Below are positions 56,999 through 60,862 of a stretch of 60,862 nucleotides of DNA, in pieces. Under the pieces are notes generated by a model that worked only from the letters and a program-made list of their open reading frames with translations, did no database searches and was not told the DNA's origin. Source of the stretch: Bacillus phage vB_BspP_Dartukuta; the sequence record MW749009.1, one strand, 5' to 3'. Every line of letters begins with the position of its first letter. The first letter of the stretch is position 1. Made by a program: the position numbers and the translations under genes.

Positions 56999-57820
56999 TT
57001 ATTGAATTGAAGAAACGCACTGGCCTTTGATGTAAACGAATAGTGATCGACCGTCATTTAAGCTGTACACCCATTGCTCTGTGCCGACTATCAGCGAGTT
57101 AACTGATGATGGGGAGCCAATAGCGCTTCGCACCTCGCTACTGGTCATACCTTGCCATATTTCTTTTTGGCCTATTCTCACTATTCCTCGTTTGGGCTTT
57201 CGAGCAGTGCAAGCTTCGCGGCTACCATCTTGTGGGCGCGGGTCATTCATCTTGTTCTCGATTTGCTTGAGTCGTCTGTCGAGAGGGCTCTGGTTAGGAT
57301 TGTAATGCACTTCGCGATCATTTATTTCAGGAAGAGCATAATCAGGCTGGGAAGAAGTTGTCGCCCTTGGTGATGAAGTTAGGCCAACTTCTCTGGCTTC
57401 ACGGCGCAGGCGAACAGCGCGAGCTGCTTGGCTTTCGCGGCTTGAATCGTGAACTACCGTCACACCGCTAGGGTTTTCCTTACGTTTCCTGGCTATAGCT
57501 TCTTCCTTTTCCCGCAAGCGGCGGTTGATTAGGCCGCCAAGGGTAGAAGGGTCTTCTGCACGAGGATCTGGCACGACAGTGACCTTCATTGTTGAGCTAG
57601 AAGGATTGCTGCGAGCATATTCAATTTCTCTGACCTGCTCTGGAGTCGCGAATGTTCCTATCTGATTGGTTTGAGTGTTAACTATCTCGGACACACCTTC
57701 AGGTGTTGTACAAGGCACGTTTGCGAAGCTCACTTTTCCGTCAGGGCTTATGCACTTATAGACTTGACTATAGGCGAGTACTGGGGTCATAAAAACAGCA
57801 AGCATGACGTAATTCCACAT
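56999..57820 (-). CDS. Secreted protein with DUF4124-like N-terminal domain (~274 aa)
   Basis: ORF track 56999..57868; ATG at 57820 with AGGAG upstream; signal peptide MWNYVMLAVFMTPVLAYS then QVYKCISPDGKVSFANVPC; Ser/Arg-rich middle. Confidence 0.5.
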   Translation of the reverse strand: MWNYVMLAVFMTPVLAYSQVYKCISPDGKVSFANVPCTTPEGVSEIVNTQTNQIGTFATPEQVREIEYARSNPSSSTMKVTVVPDPRAEDPSTLGGLINRRLREKEEAIARKRKENPSGVTVVHDSSRESQAARAVRLRREAREVGLTSSPRATTSSQPDYALPEINDREVHYNPNQSPLDRRLKQIENKMNDPRPQDGSREACTARKPKRGIVRIGQKEIWQGMTSSEVRSAIGSPSSVNSLIVGTEQWVYSLNDGRSLFVYIKGQCVSSIQ

Positions 57821-57908
57821 AGCATTTCTCCTGAAAATTCCTTGTGTTGTTTTATAAGCTGCAAGCAAAAAACCTAATATATCAAAGCATCCGGCAGATT
57901 ACCTTAGT

Positions 57909-57931
57909 GCCACCCTGTAGAGTTTCACACG
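57909..57931 (+). promoter_or_regulatory. Conserved late motif, copy 4 (GCCACCCTGTAGAGTTTCACACG)
   Basis: ~50 bp upstream of the holin ATG; followed by a 9-bp inverted repeat (57936..57944 / 57970..57978) that includes the GGAAG ribosome-binding site. Confidence 0.4.
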
Positions 57932-57981
57932 CCATGTAACTTCCTAAAGAATACCCAAAAACGGTATTTGGAAGTTACGTT

Positions 57982-58293
57982 ATGTCTGACGATGTTAAGA
58001 ACGCTATAGGCCAGTTTGCAGCGTGGTTTGCTGGTGCTATCGGAGTCATCAGCCTTGAAATGTGGCTGGCAATCGCAGGTCTTGTCATCTCAGGCTTTAT
58101 GGCTTGGACCAATTACAGGTCGCGAGAGATTCAAGATCGCTTATTGCTCGAAGAAGCGATGCGCAGCGTAGAGTTGCATGACCTTGAAATGCGGCGTATC
58201 AGGGCAGCGATAGATATTCCGCCAGCGGTAAATCGACCAGTTGTAAAAGAGCTTGTAAAAGAATCTGCAACAGCGAAGTGCCGTGATGAGTAA
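57982..58293 (+). CDS. Putative holin / pinholin (103 aa, two TM segments)
   Basis: Two hydrophobic helices (FAAWFAGAIGVISL, WLAIAGLVISGFMAW) and a charged C-terminus; immediately upstream of the SAR endolysin. Confidence 0.5.
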   Translation: MSDDVKNAIGQFAAWFAGAIGVISLEMWLAIAGLVISGFMAWTNYRSREIQDRLLLEEAMRSVELHDLEMRRIRAAIDIPPAVNRPVVKELVKESATAKCRDE

Positions 58294-58828
58294 GCGCGCC
58301 AGAGCATCGGTTATGGCGCTGGTGATTAGCGCCGCAGGTTTTTCTGCTTGGATGACCTCGGAAGGCTTCAGTCCTACGCCATACATTCCCACCAAAAACG
58401 ATGTGCCAACAATCGGTCACGGTTCAACTCGGTACGAAGATGGCTCACCAGTAAAGCTCACAGATAAACCGATCACCAAGCAGCGGGCAGAGCAGCTAGC
58501 TCGAAACCTTATGAGCACTGATGAAGCACGCTTTCGCGCAACAATACCCAACGTCACGCTTTACCAAGAAGAGTACGACTTATACCTAGACTTTGTTGGC
58601 CAGTACGGTATTGGCAACTGGCGCTCATCATCCATGCGCCGGCATCTACTGACAGGCGAATACGCGAATGCTTGCGGGGCATTGCTGCGGTATCGCTTTG
58701 CTGGTGGCTACGACTGCTCAACTATGATCAACGGCAAGCCTAACAACAGATGCTGGGGTGTCTGGGTAAGGCAGCTAGAGCGCCATGACAAATGTATGAA
58801 GGCGCAAGCGTACGGTGATGACGAATGA
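58283..58828 (+). CDS. SAR endolysin (T4-type lysozyme, GH24)
   Basis: N-terminal signal-anchor-release segment MALVISAAGFSAWMTS, then catalytic region SEGFSPTPYIPTKNDVPTIGHGST and RYRFAGG, matching the phage P21 R-type lysozyme pattern. Confidence 0.85.
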   Translation: MMSKRARASVMALVISAAGFSAWMTSEGFSPTPYIPTKNDVPTIGHGSTRYEDGSPVKLTDKPITKQRAEQLARNLMSTDEARFRATIPNVTLYQEEYDLYLDFVGQYGIGNWRSSSMRRHLLTGEYANACGALLRYRFAGGYDCSTMINGKPNNRCWGVWVRQLERHDKCMKAQAYGDDE

Positions 58829-58921
58829 TACAGAAAGCATTGAAGTTGTTTTTTAACGGACTCAGCGCAGAGGCTCGCATCATCCAGCTTAACGCTGCAG
58901 TGAAACAGAGGACGGGATTAA

Positions 58922-59431
58922 GTGAATACAGAACTACGGCAAACACTATTCATGCTGATAGCACTAGCGGTAACAGGACTGGCAGTGTTTGGTATGGGAT
59001 ACGCGCTCGGCAGCAAGGCACCAGCGTTAAAACTCGAAGAGTTAAGAGGCCAAGTAAGTCGGCAGTCAGCGCAGGCAAAAGAAACTCTTGATCAGCTGAC
59101 CAAAGAGCGAGACGAAAAGCAGGCGCTGCTTGATGCCCAGGCAAAACAACAGGAGGAAAACGACAATGCTGCGAAACTTGAAATTGCTCGCCTTGCTGAC
59201 GAGCTTGCAAGTCGGCCTATTCGGGTGCGCGTCATCGCCGCAAGTGGGGCATGTAGTGGTAGCGCCGCTGGTGACACCAGCACCGGTACCGAAACTGGTA
59301 CAGGAAACGATGCCGCGACCAGTGGGCTATTACCAGAACCTAATTCTCGACGCCTTAGAGCAGCAATAGCAGAGGTTGAAACGCTGAGTGCTGCGTACAG
59401 TTCGTGCAGAAAACGATTGTTTAGCCATTGA
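58922..59431 (+). CDS. i-spanin (Rz-like)
   Basis: N-terminal TM helix LFMLIALAVTGLAVFGMGYALG, then coiled-coil periplasmic domain; contains the o-spanin ORF in another frame. Confidence 0.7.
   Translation: MNTELRQTLFMLIALAVTGLAVFGMGYALGSKAPALKLEELRGQVSRQSAQAKETLDQLTKERDEKQALLDAQAKQQEENDNAAKLEIARLADELASRPIRVRVIAASGACSGSAAGDTSTGTETGTGNDAATSGLLPEPNSRRLRAAIAEVETLSAAYSSCRKRLFSH
59166..59369 (+). CDS. o-spanin (Rz1-like lipoprotein), embedded in the i-spanin gene
   Basis: ORF track 59130..59369; ATG at 59166 gives MLRNLKLLALLTSLQVGLFGCASS with an LFGC lipobox and a Pro-rich mature region. Confidence 0.6.
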   Translation: MLRNLKLLALLTSLQVGLFGCASSPQVGHVVVAPLVTPAPVPKLVQETMPRPVGYYQNLILDALEQQ

Positions 59432-59432
59432 C

Positions 59433-60625
59433 ATCCTCCCCGACCTAAAGGACGGGGATTCCTACTGCTAGACGGCCATGCCCGACCGCGAGAATGTTAC
59501 GTGCCGCGTTTACATCGCGATCGTGAGTGACACCGCACTCACACGTCCATTCTCTTATTCCAAGCCCTGCGATACCTTTCGGCCTGCTATCGGGCAGTGC
59601 GCCACAACAGCTACAGGTTTGGGTGGTGTATGCCTCGTTCACTTCCTTAAAAACAATGCCTGCGTGAGCGCATTTATAGTCCAACATTGTTTTTAATTGG
59701 CCCCAGCCAGCATCTAACACTGACTTGGCCATCTTGGTTTTAACGAGTTTTAAACTACTGACATTGCCCACATAGATCTCACCGCAGCGGTTGACCAGCG
59801 TGCGACTGAACTTGTGCAGCGTATCTTTTCTACGGTTAGCAATCTTGGCGTGAATGGTTTTGACTTGAGTTTTATTTCTAGCCCGTTGCGCTATGGCTAA
59901 TTTCTCTTCAAGGCCACGGTAGAAACGACCGGCTTCCAGCTTTGTGCCATCTGAGCAGGTGGCCGTATCCGTTAAGCCTAGATCAATACCGATGCGGTCT
60001 TGTCCGACTGGGATCTCTGACTGCACATCCACCACCACATTAAAGTACCAGCGGCCACGCGCATCCTCATTGAAACTGGCAGTACGAAAACGGTGTTGGC
60101 CAAGGCCGTAGCTGTCCCACACTCCAAAGTATTGGCCGTTGAAATAGACTTGCCCGCTTTTCCACTGTGCTGCACCGGTGTTTACCGGAATCCAGCCTAA
60201 TGAGCGGCGTACGCCGCCTGACTTGCGCCAGTTCAGCCTGGTCTTGTTAAACTGTTTGCGGCGAGTCACGTACTCACCAGCAATGCACTGCAAGGTTTGG
60301 CTGTGCAAGCCCAGTTCCTTGCCTGCACCTTTCGTATAGGGATGCATATCGTAAGCTGATAGAAACACACTGCGCTCTTTGATCGAGCGCTGGCTTAATT
60401 CATTCACAAAGTTCCAGACGAAGTTCACGGCCATGGCTTGCTTGCGCAGCAATGAAATGTGCTTATCCTTGATACGAACTTTGAGTGTTTTGGTGTGCTT
60501 AATCATGCTGTATACAATACCAGTACTTACCCTTAGCGCCAATACTTTAGCAGTCTATTAAGGGGCGGCTTGCGCCGCCCTCGCTATCCATCCTCGCACT
60601 AAAAGTACGAGGTCTTTCGCGAAAC
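59433..60625 (-). mobile_element. IS200/IS605-family TnpB-only insertion element (ends approximate)
   Basis: tnpB flanked by similar subterminal hairpins: CATCC-TCCCCG-loop-CGGGGA at 59433..59458 and CCATC-CTCG-loop-CGAGG at 60588..60612, plus GGGCGGC-ttgc-GCCGCCC at 60563..60580. No tnpA ORF in the window. Confidence 0.6.
59445..60506 (-). CDS. tnpB: TnpB (RuvC-like RNA-guided endonuclease of IS200/IS605-type elements)
   Basis: RuvC-I IGIDLGLTDTATCSDG, zinc finger CSCCG...CECG, RuvC-III THDRDVNAARNI. ORF track 59445..60542 begins on TTG; first ATG at 60506 (MIKHTKTL). Confidence 0.9.
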   Translation of the reverse strand: MIKHTKTLKVRIKDKHISLLRKQAMAVNFVWNFVNELSQRSIKERSVFLSAYDMHPYTKGAGKELGLHSQTLQCIAGEYVTRRKQFNKTRLNWRKSGGVRRSLGWIPVNTGAAQWKSGQVYFNGQYFGVWDSYGLGQHRFRTASFNEDARGRWYFNVVVDVQSEIPVGQDRIGIDLGLTDTATCSDGTKLEAGRFYRGLEEKLAIAQRARNKTQVKTIHAKIANRRKDTLHKFSRTLVNRCGEIYVGNVSSLKLVKTKMAKSVLDAGWGQLKTMLDYKCAHAGIVFKEVNEAYTTQTCSCCGALPDSRPKGIAGLGIREWTCECGVTHDRDVNAARNILAVGHGRLAVGIPVL

Positions 60626-60862
60626 TGATAAAAATTAACATACGAACAATTCTAGAAGCCCTTATCTGGGGCGACTTTATGACTCTAATTACTCAGCGAT
60701 GCTACAAAAGTGCTAAAGCACTGGCTAGGTATTGCGTAAGTCATTGATTTATATTGGATTATTTTAACTGTGGTGCCGATCCATCATAGGGGCCACCGCA
60801 AACACCGAAGCCCAGACCTGCGGGACTTAGGCAGTAACTGCGAGGGATTCGGTGCATTTTCA

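Noticed and set aside
16535-57931. Late motif as a promoter for a phage-encoded single-subunit RNA polymerase
   Set aside because: No RNA-polymerase-like ORF was recognised in the window; an activator or sigma-dependent promoter is the more economical reading.
58825-59091. 88-aa ORF overlapping the endolysin stop and the start of the i-spanin
   Set aside because: Basic, low-complexity translation that overlaps the well-supported Rz-like gene in another frame; likely spurious.
60543-60862. A tnpA (Y1 transposase) gene accompanying tnpB
   Set aside because: No ORF of 60 aa or more exists in the 320 bp between the tnpB start and the window end; a tnpA could still lie beyond the window.

Overview
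This 60.9-kb window is almost entirely one temperate-phage (prophage) genome from a Gram-negative host; no att sites or host flanks are visible, so its boundaries are undefined. All calls below come from reading the sequence and the supplied ORF track by eye; no homology, RNA or structure search was run, and family names rest on remembered motifs. Layout, left to right: (1) a tyrosine integrase (+ strand, 102..1205); (2) a minus-strand early-left operon (1.2-11.2 kb) with a PrtN-like protein, dUTPase, SSB, a YqaJ-type exonuclease plus RecT, several unknowns, a tRNA-Arg(UCU) and a clear CsrA/RsmA homolog; (3) a lambda-like immunity switch, with an S24-peptidase cI repressor divergent from cro and related palindromic operators on both sides of cI; (4) a replication initiator with iterons inside its own gene, then a Nin-like block (NinB, YbcO-like, RusA); (5) rightward late genes: TerS, PBSX-type TerL, portal, scaffold and capsid candidates, then large repetitive virion proteins ending in a 4203-aa multidomain giant protein; (6) a moron island with an antirepressor, a GC-rich structured non-coding stretch and two secreted proteins; (7) a lysis cassette (holin, SAR endolysin, embedded Rz/Rz1 spanins); (8) a TnpB-only IS200/IS605-type element at the right edge. 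The strongest candidates for undescribed biology are the giant polyvalent-type protein, a 4-copy conserved motif (CCCTGTAGrrTTT) marking each late module, the phage-borne CsrA plus tRNA in the early operon, and the structured RNA candidate upstream of the antirepressor.
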